Shown: positions 1 to 10,874 of the stretch, piece after piece | Position numbering within the stretch: the stretch's first letter is position 1 | How the letters are laid out: each line of letters opens with the position of its first letter | DNA from: Limnothrix sp. BL-A-16 | Lineage (GTDB): Bacteria; Cyanobacteriota; Cyanobacteriia; CACIAM-69d | NCBI GenBank assembly: GCA_041937175.2 | Contig: CP166615.1 | Location: 3,584,001 to 3,648,000 of the forward strand | Length of the DNA: 64,000 nucleotides | Direction: 5' to 3' | Notes under the pieces: model-generated | What the model was told of the DNA's origin: nothing | What the model saw: the letters and a program-made list of their open reading frames with translations, nothing else | Databases searched by the model: none | Made by a program: the position numbers and the translations under genes

Positions 1-1554
1 CAGTTACGCGCGTTTTTGCGGGCCTGTGGCGATCGCCCCTGGCTGCATCACCTGACCTTGGCGCGGTTGGTGGCGCGGGTCTTGCGATCGGGCCGCAGTT
101 CCCTGATCCAAGGGGGCACGGCCGTGGCCGCCGGCCGCCATCGCCTCAGTTATCTGGCTCCGGCCCTGCTCTGCGAGCAGGCGGTGGTGTTGGTGGTTCC
201 CCCGGCGGTGCAACAGCGGCTTTTAGAGGTGGACTTGGCTCGGTTGCGGCTGTGGCTGGCCCAGAGCGATCGCCCCTTGCCGCCGGTGCATTGCCTGGTT
301 GATCAGCCCCCGGAAGCCGCGCAGTCCCTGGCCGCAAGCCTGCGGGCCGATCAACCGGGCCTCTGGATTTTGTCCCCCACCCAATGGCTGGCCGATCGCC
401 TGGAACTGTCGGGCCAGCGATCGCGCTTGGCCGGCCTGCCCACTCTGATTGATGGGGCCGATGATCTGGAGCGCTGGACCCAGGAAACCCTGCGATTGGC
501 CATTAGCCCGGCCGATTGGCATCGGTGGCGTTTGGCCTGTCCCGATCGCGCCCAGGTGATCCATGACCTGGAAGTGGCGATCGCCCATGGACTGCTGCAA
601 CATCCCCCCAATCCCTACGGCGCTTGGCTGTTGGATGAACCGGAAGCGGCGACCTTGCTGCAAACCTTGCGATTATTGGCGGCCCAACTGCCGCCCCTGT
701 GGCGAACGTTGCTGCACCGGGCCGGAGACCAGCAATGGCCGATCCTGGCCCAGCCCGATCGACAAACGGGGCAATTTCACCTGCAATGCCAACCGATCGA
801 TGTGGCCGAAATTTTGCGCCCCCTCTGGCAAGCCCAGCCGATCGCCCTGATTGGCAGCTTCCTGGACTTGGAAGTGGAGGCTCCCTTGTATCAAGCGCGG
901 TTGGGGCTGGATAACGGCGATGAACAGCGGCTGACCTGCTTGAAATTCACGCCCGATCGACATCAAGAGGCGATCAGTTTCTACTTACCCGAACAGTTGC
1001 CCCTGCCCAACACCCCACAATTCCAAGCGGCCCTCATGCAACAGCTCTATGCCCTGTTGGCTTGGCAGGGGCCCACCGGCTTCACCGTGGTGTTAGTGGG
1101 AGATGTGCCCCTCAAGGGCCGGCTGGCGGCTCAACTGGCGGCGGAATTTGGCTCCCGTGTCCAACTGGAACGCACCGCCCCCGATGACAACGGCATTTTG
1201 GTCACCGGGTGGGACTTTTGGCGCAACCACAGCGATCGGCTGCCCGCTCCCCACCTGCTGGTGATTGCGGCCTTGCCCATTCCCTCCCTTGAAGATCCCC
1301 TGGTGGCCGCCCGGGTCAGCGCCTACAAGCGCCAGCGGCGGGACTGGTTCCGCTGGTATTTGTTGCCCTCGGCCCTTAGTGATCTGCAACGGTCGATCGC
1401 GCCGTTGCGGGAGCGATCGACCCCTGATCCCAATGCGCCCCCGCTGTTGGCCCTGCTGGACACCCGGGTGGTGCGCCGCAGCTATGGCTCCCAGGTGCTG
1501 GCGGCCTTGGATCCCGTGGAGCGGATAAACGACCTCGAACCCCGTTGGCTTTAA
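1..1554 (+). CDS. DinG-like ATP-dependent helicase C-terminal domain protein (5' end probably outside the window)
   Basis: Long ORF with C-terminal 'LVIAALPIPSLEDP...LLDTRVVRRSYG' typical of the DinG/Helicase_C_2 region of cyanobacterial homologues. Confidence 0.75.
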   Translation, partial: QLRAFLRACGDRPWLHHLTLARLVARVLRSGRSSLIQGGTAVAAGRHRLSYLAPALLCEQAVVLVVPPAVQQRLLEVDLARLRLWLAQSDRPLPPVHCLVDQPPEAAQSLAASLRADQPGLWILSPTQWLADRLELSGQRSRLAGLPTLIDGADDLERWTQETLRLAISPADWHRWRLACPDRAQVIHDLEVAIAHGLLQHPPNPYGAWLLDEPEAATLLQTLRLLAAQLPPLWRTLLHRAGDQQWPILAQPDRQTGQFHLQCQPIDVAEILRPLWQAQPIALIGSFLDLEVEAPLYQARLGLDNGDEQRLTCLKFTPDRHQEAISFYLPEQLPLPNTPQFQAALMQQLYALLAWQGPTGFTVVLVGDVPLKGRLAAQLAAEFGSRVQLERTAPDDNGILVTGWDFWRNHSDRLPAPHLLVIAALPIPSLEDPLVAARVSAYKRQRRDWFRWYLLPSALSDLQRSIAPLRERSTPDPNAPPLLALLDTRVVRRSYGSQVLAALDPVERINDLEPRWL

Positions 1555-1769
1555 GTTTCCAGGGCAACGCTGACGGGCTAGAAATCTGAATCCAAAGTTG
1601 AAGAATTCTTGCGAAATGTTCGTCCAGGCTCATTTCTCTCGGGGGCGATCGGGCGAATTTTTGATCGCTCTGCTCCCCCATCGAACGGCCAGCCCAACCA
1701 TTTCGCGATCGTTTCAGGGTTAATTAACAGATATCCTTTATCTACAAAAAAACTGGGTGGAGATGAACA

Positions 1770-1985
1770 ATGGGTGAATCCAAACGCCGCAAATCCCTCC
1801 TTGGGGACGACTACGGCAAGGCTCAAGAAACGATTTTGCCCAACGTGCCAATTACCAAACAGCAAGCCGATCGGTTCGTGAAGATCACCAGTCGCGGGGC
1901 TTGGATTGGGATCGGTACGCTGTTGGCCGCTTGGCTCACCATTCGATTTGTGGGGCCGGCCTTTGGCTGGTGGCAGGTTAACTAA
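1770..1985 (+). CDS. DUF2839 family small membrane protein
   Basis: MGESKRRK N-terminus and C-terminal TM 'RGAWIGIG...RFVGPAFGWW'. Confidence 0.85.
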   Translation: MGESKRRKSLLGDDYGKAQETILPNVPITKQQADRFVKITSRGAWIGIGTLLAAWLTIRFVGPAFGWWQVN

Positions 1986-2800
1986 AATCAGTGGGGGCGA
2001 TCGCCCCAGAATCGCGTCATCATTGCGCCATTATTGATACCCTTGGAAAATCTTTGGGAAACATCTGCTCTGCTCCATTGGGCAGCCGGCCCCTGTGACC
2101 TGTTGCGATCGAATCCTAAGAATTCTCAACGGTTGTTCCTATCCCCCCGGATCCGAATCAAACCATGGGAAGATCGCAATAGTCCCCATCATGTCGGACT
2201 TTGAGCGCTTCCTTGGCTCAAAATATCTGTGCCAAGATCCGCGCCAATCCGTTGCGAAGAAGCCCTCAGGCAGTTCCGCATCCACTGCCATTCCCCCCTA
2301 ACCTGCCATCCCCATCGTCCATTCCTCGGGGACGGTCAATGTAACAATCCGAACAACGTAGACAAAAGTTTGGATCAGGGTTTTCAGGGGCAATTTCTAA
2401 GGGCCCAAGTTCTAGGATCCTTGGGAATTGATGAGCGTTTCTTCAGTGATTTTTCCGGAAAATCTGCTCAATGCTGATCAAAGTTTGATCCCGAAACCAC
2501 TCGAAGCACTGTGTTCTTTCATACGGACTGGTGACACCGATTAGTGGGATCTTGCCAGCAGTTTACAGGTCACCGATGCCGCCCTTGCACTAGGGATAAC
2601 CATCCCAAGCCAAGCATGGGGCAGACTAGGGCCTTTATCGTCTTCCATTGTTAAGGGGCAGCCCCGGGCGATCGCCCCAAGCATCACATCAATCGAATCA
2701 GCGAAACCAATCAATCCGTTGATTGCTTGCTGAAATTCTTAAGAGACTATAAAAATCGTAATCAGCCTCTACAATGAAACCAGAAGATCGAGGGTAAGCC

Positions 2801-3193
2801 GTGTTTCTCAGACTTGCCGAGCAACATCGCCAGTTTGTCAGGGATCTCGTCATGAGCCTGCAGGCTTTGGCCAATGTTCTAGAACGCCGGGGCTATTTGG
2901 CCTCGTGCTATACCTGTGGCGATCGCATGAACAGCGCATCGTTTATGGTTAGTCTCGGCGATAATCACCTGATCCGGTTCCTGGTGTCCGACTATGGAAT
3001 TACCTGGACGGAGATGCGCGATGATCGCGAACTCATGAAAATTGAAGGGGCTGAGGCGATCGGGCAGCTCCAGGAACTGGCCAAGCTGCTGAAGGTTTCT
3101 GAAAATTCCCCATTGGCCGATCGTTCCGTTCCCCAATCCCCCGTCATGGGCACAACGGCTCCAAACGCTTCAACCCAGATGTTGGTGGGCTAA
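2801..3193 (+). CDS. DUF1815 family protein
   Basis: MFLRLAEQHRQFVRDLVMSLQALA...ASCYTC...ASFMVSL signature; GTG start. Confidence 0.85.
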   Translation: MFLRLAEQHRQFVRDLVMSLQALANVLERRGYLASCYTCGDRMNSASFMVSLGDNHLIRFLVSDYGITWTEMRDDRELMKIEGAEAIGQLQELAKLLKVSENSPLADRSVPQSPVMGTTAPNASTQMLVG

Positions 3194-3506
3194 GGTAAAA
3201 CAGCAAACCGCGCTTGGTGGCCCGTACGCTGGGACGCTGCAAACGTTGCACCATGCAAACGTTGCACAATGGATGAGTCCAATTTCCCTCAGCGCGCCAT
3301 CAAGACCGGTGGCCAACCTGCGCGATCGCCCAGTCAGCACGCAGTCATGACTCAGTAATCACTCGGGTCGCTCAAGGTGCAGGTGGCAACTCAGGGGTGG
3401 TTGTGTGTATCGTTGGAATCCTCATGCCCCTAAGCTGAGGAGGGTGTCAAGTGTCTACCTCAACCTCTGCTCTTCGCGGTTGATTGCGTTTTAACATCCT
3501 GCCCCT

Positions 3507-4250
3507 ATGAACCCCCGCGCTGTCGATCCTCGCACTCCCGATCGCCCCCCGATCGATGCTGACGAGCATCGAGAGCAAGCCTATGAGCTGTTTCTAAAGC
3601 TTTACAACAACCATCGCGACTTCTTTGATGAGCTGCTTGATGCGGATCAGCAACAGGTGGGTGAACACCTCCGCAGCAGCCGTTATGTCCAAGGTATGGT
3701 GCGCGGTCAGCAAGCCTATCTGATCTCCAATCTGATTAACGGCAAAAGCCAATCCCTGCTGCAATACCAAATGATTTGGATGATGGGGCGCGATCCCCAA
3801 GCAGCATTGCCGATTCCCGATCAGCGCCTCTCCCGTCGTCATGCGGTGATTCAATATATTCCGCGCCGGGGTTTTTATTTGGTGGATCTGGGCAGCACCA
3901 ACGGCTCTTTCATTAACGGTCGGCTGGTGCGGGGTCGCCACCGGCTGCGGGATGGCGATCGACTGCGGTTGGGGGGCTTTTCGTTTGATTTCTTTATCTG
4001 CTATAGCTCCCAAACGGTGAATTCGGCCCCGGCCGATTTGATTGCCCAACTCCAAGCCATGCCGATTCCAGAGGAAACGGATTCCAGCTTGCGCTACAAG
4101 GATGCGTTATCCGTGCCGCTGGCGGAGAAGTTGGCGGCGGAGGAAACAATGCTGGCCAGTGGCGAAGGGGCCCGCGAGAACGATGCCCCGGTGGACAGTG
4201 AGGATGATTTAGGGCCGCCATTGCCGGATCCCGAGGGATTTGCGTTTTAA
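3507..4250 (+). CDS. FHA domain protein
   Basis: FHA motifs GR...SRRHA...DLGSTNGS. Confidence 0.9.
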   Translation: MNPRAVDPRTPDRPPIDADEHREQAYELFLKLYNNHRDFFDELLDADQQQVGEHLRSSRYVQGMVRGQQAYLISNLINGKSQSLLQYQMIWMMGRDPQAALPIPDQRLSRRHAVIQYIPRRGFYLVDLGSTNGSFINGRLVRGRHRLRDGDRLRLGGFSFDFFICYSSQTVNSAPADLIAQLQAMPIPEETDSSLRYKDALSVPLAEKLAAEETMLASGEGARENDAPVDSEDDLGPPLPDPEGFAF

Positions 4251-4307
4251 GTTCTTGTTTTCGGTTTTTTCGGCTGGTTGGTTGGATGGGTTGCGGCGGC
4301 CCCAAGG

Positions 4308-5957
4308 CTAGCAACCGCTGGGTTCCATGATTGTCACCAGATCCACGCTGAATTGGGTCTCGAAGATCGGACATTCACAGTCCAAACTCCACCGCTCGAT
4401 CGCGCAGTCATCGTGGCGATCGGCCGGTTCCAACAGCAATCGAAATTCGCGACTGGGGGGACGAAACTGGCATTGCACCCGGCGCACCGCTTGAATTTGA
4501 CGGCGATCGAGGGCGGCGGCCAGGCGCAAAATGGCGCTCAGCTCGTCCACCATTTGCCGATAGCGCTTGCCGGCCAGGGCCTGATAGCCCTCGTGGCGTT
4601 TTTTGGGAGCGCTCTTGCGGTGGTAGCGGGCCAGGTTGGCAATCACTTCAATTTCCGTTTCCGTGTAGCCCAGCAGTTGCCCGTGGCGGATCAGGTAATA
4701 GGCATGTTTGTGGTGGGCATCGTGGCCCACGTGATGGCCGCATTGGTGCAGGATAGCGGCGGCCCACAGCAGCTCGCGGCTATTGTCATCCCAGTTGTGC
4801 AAGAGACCTTGGGTTTGGTCAAACAGGGTGAGGGCCATGGCGGCCACATGCTCGGCGGAAGGTAGGTTCACCTGATATTTTTTGGCCAATGCCAGAACGC
4901 TGCGTTCGCGCACGGAGCTTTGGAACCGCAGGCGATCATCAATCAGTTGGTGCTGCAACATCCAGTCAACGATTACGCCTTCCCGAAGCGATCGCTCGCA
5001 CACCACCAGTCGATCGACCCCCAACAGATCCATGGCCTCTTGCAACACCACGGCTCCGGCCAGGATAATTTCCGCCCGCCGATCGCTCATTTCCGGCAGG
5101 GTCGATCGCTCCTCAATGTCCATGCGGCGCAGGCGATCGACCCATTCTCGCAAGGCCGCCAACGGCAACTCACAGCCCTGCAACGGGGAGGGAACATAGC
5201 CCGTGGTGTCCGCCGCATGGATGGCCGCCAAGCATTCCGCCGTGCCCGACGTGCCCACCAGGGTCAGTTGATCCGCGAGGGGATGTTTGACCAGTTCCCC
5301 ATGCAATTCTTCCACCGCCCGCTCCAACATGCCCCGGGCATAGGCCCGCAGCGCCTCGTAGTCCATGTCCGTGATCGGGTCGGTGCGGACAAATTCCGTG
5401 GTGAGCCGCACGGCCCCCACCTTGGTGCTGCTGAGATAAAGGGGTTCGCGCCCATCCCCCAAAATCAACTCCGTGGAGCCACCGCCAATGTCGATGATGG
5501 CGTGGGGCTTGCCATCCAGTTCCATGGCCGACAACACCCCCAGATAAATGCGGCGGGCTTCTTCGGGCCCGGCGATCGCATTCACCTTCATGCCCACATC
5601 CCGCGCCACCCGTCGCAAAAAGTCCCGACCGTTGGGAGCTTCCCGCACGGCACTGGTGGCCACGGCAATCACTTCATCCACCTGCAAACTCAGGGCCAGG
5701 TCATAGCACCGTTGCAGGGCGGCGATCGCCCGGTTCATGGCCGCCTCTGTCAAGTCACCGGTTTTAGGATCGCGCTCACCTAACCGCACCGTACTTTTCT
5801 CGCGGGAAATGATGTCGAAGGCGGGCAAACTGGGATCCACCCGCACAATCGCCATGTGAATGGAGTTTGTGCCGATGTCGATGGCGGCCACAACGGGGCG
5901 GCTCGATCGAAAAGCGAGCGGGGCAGGCGAAGGAGACAGGGTTTGCATGGTTTGCAT
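4308..5957 (-). CDS. ppx: Ppx/GppA exopolyphosphatase
   Basis: AAIDIGTNS, ATSAVREA, DIGGGSTE, LREG motifs plus HD-like C-terminal domain. Confidence 0.93.
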   Translation of the reverse strand: MQTMQTLSPSPAPLAFRSSRPVVAAIDIGTNSIHMAIVRVDPSLPAFDIISREKSTVRLGERDPKTGDLTEAAMNRAIAALQRCYDLALSLQVDEVIAVATSAVREAPNGRDFLRRVARDVGMKVNAIAGPEEARRIYLGVLSAMELDGKPHAIIDIGGGSTELILGDGREPLYLSSTKVGAVRLTTEFVRTDPITDMDYEALRAYARGMLERAVEELHGELVKHPLADQLTLVGTSGTAECLAAIHAADTTGYVPSPLQGCELPLAALREWVDRLRRMDIEERSTLPEMSDRRAEIILAGAVVLQEAMDLLGVDRLVVCERSLREGVIVDWMLQHQLIDDRLRFQSSVRERSVLALAKKYQVNLPSAEHVAAMALTLFDQTQGLLHNWDDNSRELLWAAAILHQCGHHVGHDAHHKHAYYLIRHGQLLGYTETEIEVIANLARYHRKSAPKKRHEGYQALAGKRYRQMVDELSAILRLAAALDRRQIQAVRRVQCQFRPPSREFRLLLEPADRHDDCAIERWSLDCECPIFETQFSVDLVTIMEPSGC

Positions 5958-6152
5958 GGCGGGTCTAGGCCGATTTTAATACCGCAGTTGATCAGATGCG
6001 CATTCCAGTTCGTGGATTGGCTGAACAGCAGAGAAACTCCGGATTGGGCACTTGATTTTGCGAAGTGTATTGCAACGCTGCTTTACACCCTGCGAGTGCG
6101 TCCGATGCTGTTGTCTACTCTTCGATCGATTACAGCCCATAGCCAATTGTGG

Positions 6153-7685
6153 ATGAATCCGATGATGGATCAGGCGGCGGCCACCCACTCGCAGCCCGAT
6201 CGCGCCATTGTCCTCGGCGGAAGTTTGGCGGGTCTGTTGGCCGCCCGAGTTTTGGCCGACCGCTTCCAAACCGTCTTGGTTTTAGAACGAGATCCCCTGC
6301 CCACCCCCTGGGAACGACCAGAAACCCCGGACGAAACCTGGTGCAATCGTCGCCCTGGCACGCCCCAGGCTGATCACGTACATGTGCTGTTGGCTCGGGG
6401 ACAGCAGATTTTGGAATCGCTCTTTCCTGGATTCGCCAATGATTTGGCCACATCCGGAGCCGTGGAGGTTAACTGGACAGCAGACTGCGCCATGATGGGC
6501 CTCGGCAGTTGGAATCCAAGGGTTTCATCGGATTTGGTGACCCGCACCAGCAGCCGATCGCTCCTGGAAAGCCTGGTGCGGCGACGGTTACAGGCAATTC
6601 CCAACGTGATCTTTATGTCGGGGGTCGCGGTTCAAGGGTTAGTGGTGGCGGGCGATCGGGTCACGGGAGTGCGCCTAGAAGGGAACTCTGCCCAAAACCT
6701 GGTGAGCACCTTGGCCACGGAAACCCTCTTGGGGGCCCAATTGGTGGTGGATGCCATGGGGCGCAATTCCCAAATGCCCCGCTGGCTGCAACAGTTGGGC
6801 TATGGCTCCGTTCCGGAAGTGACGATCGATGCCAAGTTGGGTTACGCCAGCCGTTGGTATCAAATGCCCGCCGACTATTTGGCCCAGGTGGCTCAGGATC
6901 CGGAAAACACCTGGAAATCGATTTTGCTGTGGGCCAAGCCGCCCCACCAGCCCCGCGCCGGGGTGCTCTATCCGGTGGAGGGTAACCGCTGGGTGGTGAC
7001 GGTTTCGGGAACCAATGGCGACTATCCGCCGGCCGATGAGGAAGGGTTTTTGGCCTTTGTCCGCAGCTTGCGGGATCCGGCCATTGCGCGGGCGATCGCC
7101 TCGGCGCAGCCGATTTCAGACATCAAGCTCTATCGGGGCACGGCTAACCGCTGGCGACATTACGAACAGTTGGCCACGTTCCCGATCGGGCTGGCCCTGT
7201 TGGGGGATTCGGTTTGTACCTTCAACCCGCTCTATGGCCAGGGGATGACCGGAGCCGCGATCGGCGCGGTGACCTTGGGTGATTGTCTCGATCGGGCCCA
7301 ATCGGAACTGGGCCTAGATTGGGGACAATTTACCCACCTGTTCCGGCAAGAGTTGGCCCGTGTGATTCAGTTGCCTTGGTTGATGGCCACGGGGGAAGAT
7401 CTGCGTTGGCCCGCCACCGAAGGGCCGCGCCCCGATCGCCCCACACGCTGGATGCAAGCTTATCTGGAGCGAGTCTTGCATCTCACCGATGCCCACAAGG
7501 ACATCCATGAGATCGTCTGGAAAATCCAGCACATGATCCTCTCGCCCCAAGCCCTGTTTCATCCCTCGATCGTGATGCGGGTGGGGGGCGCTTGGATCTA
7601 TCAACGGCTGCTGGCCAATTGGTTTCCCACCTGGGGGCCCGAAAACCTGAACCTCACGCCCTCGTTCTTGGGGGCCCGGCGCTAG
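6153..7685 (+). CDS. FAD-dependent oxidoreductase/monooxygenase
   Basis: Rossmann motif VLGGSLAGL, VVDAMGR, GDSVCTFNPLYGQGMT; start moved to ATG 6153. Confidence 0.85.
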   Translation: MNPMMDQAAATHSQPDRAIVLGGSLAGLLAARVLADRFQTVLVLERDPLPTPWERPETPDETWCNRRPGTPQADHVHVLLARGQQILESLFPGFANDLATSGAVEVNWTADCAMMGLGSWNPRVSSDLVTRTSSRSLLESLVRRRLQAIPNVIFMSGVAVQGLVVAGDRVTGVRLEGNSAQNLVSTLATETLLGAQLVVDAMGRNSQMPRWLQQLGYGSVPEVTIDAKLGYASRWYQMPADYLAQVAQDPENTWKSILLWAKPPHQPRAGVLYPVEGNRWVVTVSGTNGDYPPADEEGFLAFVRSLRDPAIARAIASAQPISDIKLYRGTANRWRHYEQLATFPIGLALLGDSVCTFNPLYGQGMTGAAIGAVTLGDCLDRAQSELGLDWGQFTHLFRQELARVIQLPWLMATGEDLRWPATEGPRPDRPTRWMQAYLERVLHLTDAHKDIHEIVWKIQHMILSPQALFHPSIVMRVGGAWIYQRLLANWFPTWGPENLNLTPSFLGARR

Positions 7686-7697
7686 GGGCCGATTTCC

Positions 7698-8300
7698 CTA
7701 ATCGTTCGTTACATCCGGCACATCCGAGAGCACTCGGCCGGGAGTCGAAGCCGCTGGGGCTGTTTCTGCCTCGGCGGCTTCGTTGTTGGGGGCATCGTTG
7801 GGGGCATCTTCCGCCGGGGCGGCATCTTCCGCATTCGACGCGGCTTCGCTTTCCGGGGCATTCTCCGCAGGCGTTGCCCATTCCTCCCCGATCGCCAGGG
7901 TGACCCGATCGGGGCCGGCGGCCCGCAGCTCACTGACCAACTGCAACACCTTTTCGTAGGGCAAGTTGCGATCGGGCTGAATCAGCACCACGCCCTTGGG
8001 ATTCTTGAGGTAGTTCTGAATATCCGCCTTGAGTTGATCCTTGGGAATGGCGCGATCGAGCACCACCGTTTGCCCCTGGCGATCCAGCTTAATCAACAAA
8101 GGCGGTGGCGGCGGCCCCTGATCGGGTTCCGCAGGTGCATCCTCACCGCTGGCGGGCAGGTTCACCTCCAAGCTGTTTTGGCTGCCCAACACCATGGACA
8201 AAATGATGAAAAAGGTAAGCACCGTCATCAACACGTCCAGCATCGGCACAAGGTTGACTTCCGGGGGCTTGTGGTGAGTCTGTCGATTGCGCGATCGCAT
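7698..8300 (-). CDS. exbD: ExbD/TolR biopolymer transport protein with acidic C-terminal tail
   Basis: EVNLVPMLDVLMTVLTFF motif; in an operon with exbB. Confidence 0.88.
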   Translation of the reverse strand: MRSRNRQTHHKPPEVNLVPMLDVLMTVLTFFIILSMVLGSQNSLEVNLPASGEDAPAEPDQGPPPPPLLIKLDRQGQTVVLDRAIPKDQLKADIQNYLKNPKGVVLIQPDRNLPYEKVLQLVSELRAAGPDRVTLAIGEEWATPAENAPESEAASNAEDAAPAEDAPNDAPNNEAAEAETAPAASTPGRVLSDVPDVTND

Positions 8301-8394
8301 GGTTGGGGATCCACTCCGGTGAAGGGGGGCAAGAGTGCCGAGGACAAGGGTTAATCAACGGAAGCGACAGGCAGCGGCCGGCAAAACCAACCGG

Positions 8395-8805
8395 CTAACC
8401 CTGCTCGAAGGAGAGACCGACCCGATCGCCCCCCACGGCTTTCAGGAGCGTCAAGACTTCTTCAATCGATCGAAACGGCAAGGTGCGATCGGCCTTCAAC
8501 ACCACCATCCCATCCGGCTGTTTGGCAAAATAGTCCGCCACGGCTTGATCCAGTTCCGCCGGGGTCACCGGTTTGTCATTCAGCAAAATCTGTTTTTTTT
8601 GGTCTAGTCCCACCAGCAGCGGATCCTTGGGAACCGTCGCCGCCGCTGAGGTTTTGGCCTTGGGCAACTGCACGTTGGGCATCTGCGCCCCGGTCAGGGT
8701 CATCGACACCAAAATAAAGAACGTGAGCACCGTCATCAACACGTCCATCATCGGCACGAGGTTGACATCTGGGAGCTGATTGGCCGATCGGGTCTTGGGT
8801 CGCAT
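8395..8805 (-). CDS. exbD: ExbD/TolR biopolymer transport protein
   Basis: DVNLVPMMDVLMTVLTFF and LKADR motifs. Confidence 0.9.
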   Translation of the reverse strand: MRPKTRSANQLPDVNLVPMMDVLMTVLTFFILVSMTLTGAQMPNVQLPKAKTSAAATVPKDPLLVGLDQKKQILLNDKPVTPAELDQAVADYFAKQPDGMVVLKADRTLPFRSIEEVLTLLKAVGGDRVGLSFEQG

Positions 8806-8834
8806 GGGGCCTGGTTTCCTGTCCTAATCCACTC

Positions 8835-9581
8835 CTAATCCACCAACGACGGCGGGCGATCGGCATAGGGTAAGGGGTCGAACCCATGGGTTGGCCGTTC
8901 CCCACCGGGCGATCGACCGCCACCGCTAGGCAAGTCCGGCGTGGGGAACAGGGGTTCATACCAAACCTGGCGATAGATCAGCTCCAAGCGACTGCCCACC
9001 TCGGTGAAATAGTCGATTTGCTGAGATTGCAGCACCACCAACACCCGAAACACCACCAGGGCCATAATCGCCACAATCATGCCAAAGGCCGTGGTCAACA
9101 GGGCTTCACCGATCCCCGCTGCGGCGGCCGTGGCGGCCTTGGTGTCGCCGCCCCCACCAATATTCAAGTTATTGAAGGTGGCAATTAGCCCCGTCACCGT
9201 TCCCAGCAGTCCCAGCAGGGGGGCAACAGCCACGATCGTTTCCAGCAATTTATCGCCCCGTCGCATTTTCACGAACTCCCGTTCGGCGGCCGTTTCCAGC
9301 GCCAAATTAAACGTTTCCGGGGTGGCTTGTTTCAACATCAAGGGAGCCAACAAAAATCGCCCGATCGGGAGGGTTTGGGCCTCGCGAGCCGTGATCGCCG
9401 CATCCTCTAGGCTATACTTCGCCGCCGCCAATACGTCATGGACAATCCGATCCTCCTGGGCCATTAACCGCACCCAAAACACCGTCCGCTCCAGGGTCAC
9501 GGCCACCGTCGCGATCGACATTCCCAGCAGGGGCCACATGACCGGCCCCCCTTTCACCAGCAAATCAAAAACCTGAGACAT
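8835..9581 (-). CDS. exbB: MotA/TolQ/ExbB proton channel protein
   Basis: KGGPVMWPL, APLLGLLGTVTG, GIGEALLTTAFG; start set at MSQVF. Confidence 0.92.
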   Translation of the reverse strand: MSQVFDLLVKGGPVMWPLLGMSIATVAVTLERTVFWVRLMAQEDRIVHDVLAAAKYSLEDAAITAREAQTLPIGRFLLAPLMLKQATPETFNLALETAAEREFVKMRRGDKLLETIVAVAPLLGLLGTVTGLIATFNNLNIGGGGDTKAATAAAAGIGEALLTTAFGMIVAIMALVVFRVLVVLQSQQIDYFTEVGSRLELIYRQVWYEPLFPTPDLPSGGGRSPGGERPTHGFDPLPYADRPPSLVD

Positions 9582-10460
9582 GGCCGCCCTAAAACCCAAA
9601 AGCGTTGTGATACTTAGCGTTGCCGATTCCCATTGATCCCGCTCGATCGCCCCCACCAGCCCCAAGCATCCCATTGGTTAGTCGATTTGGTCAGTCGATC
9701 GATGTCCTAACCGATCCCTGGGTAGCTGCAAGGTTCGATCGCACCCTTAACTCAAGACCATCGCTTGATCAGTTCAGCACGATGGCAGAGTCCGTAATCA
9801 ATCACAAAATATCAGAAAACATCAATCCTTCATCAGTTCATTCATGTCGTTGATTCACAGATCAATCAATTCACTGATCAACTCATCAACCAATGCAAGG
9901 AAAATCAAGAAATGAATGCGAGAAAAATCAGAAAATAAAATAAAAAATAATTGAAATTGATCCGAATTTCACCAGTACTGTTAAATGGACTTCTTAAATA
10001 AATTGACTTCTTAAACTAGTTTGCAATTTCTTGGCAATTCTTAGAAGAGAAATTTTTGAAAAAATGCTCTCTAGAATACCTCTTAAAATATTTTCTGAAG
10101 CGCCTTCTAAGAATCGTATGAAAGCTTTAGAAGTGCTCTGGCTTGGAAAAGTCTTGGAAGAAGCTCTCGAATCTGCTTTGATAGTTGCCTGTGAAATGCT
10201 CTTAACTCAGGCGATCCTATTCTGTCTTGCAGATTTTTAACTTGAAATGTGAATGTTGAGAGCTAATTAAGCACTTTGATCAATTGATTTAGACGTTCAG
10301 AGCTATTTGTTTAGACGTTTAGAGCTATTTTTGATTGCTCCTGCCTAAAGTCAATCTTGTTTAAATTAAGAAAAGTTTAAATGCAATTAAATTTTTGAAT
10401 AAGACGCAAAATTGCGTAGCTTTAGTCATTTTGTTAGGGGTTCACAACGAATCAGAATGA

Positions 10461-10490
10461 TTTAAATTTTCTTTAACCCATTCTTAATTC
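10461..10490 (+). promoter_or_regulatory. Pho box (SphR/PhoB site) upstream of pstS
   Basis: TTTAAATT-ttc-TTTAACCC-att-CTTAATTC: three YTTAAYYW-like 8-mers at 11-bp period. Confidence 0.75.
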
Positions 10491-10874
10491 AATAGCAGAC
10501 TTCTAATAACCGATTTCCGAAATAATGAGGCTGCTAAGTTGGAATTTTTTAACAACTTCTTGAAGTTTGCTTGCCTCTGATCACCCGCTTCAGACAGACA
10601 AGTGTTGAGTCGGTGATCCAACTGCCAGCAAATTTTCAATGAATTGCAAGCCAATCCAAGGCAATGTCGATGCTCTGTTGGCATCACACAAAATACTGAA
10701 TCGATTCCGCACCAATTGAGTGCGGCCAAGATCTGGGCCAGCAGTTCCAATCGCCAATGGTTTTAAGGTTTCGCTATTGGGCCAGAGCTTGGACATTGAC
10801 TGACGGCTGCGGGCTGGGTCTTGGGATGGGTTGCTGGTGTTCGTCATCAATCTTTGTGCTGGAGTGAAGTGTTT

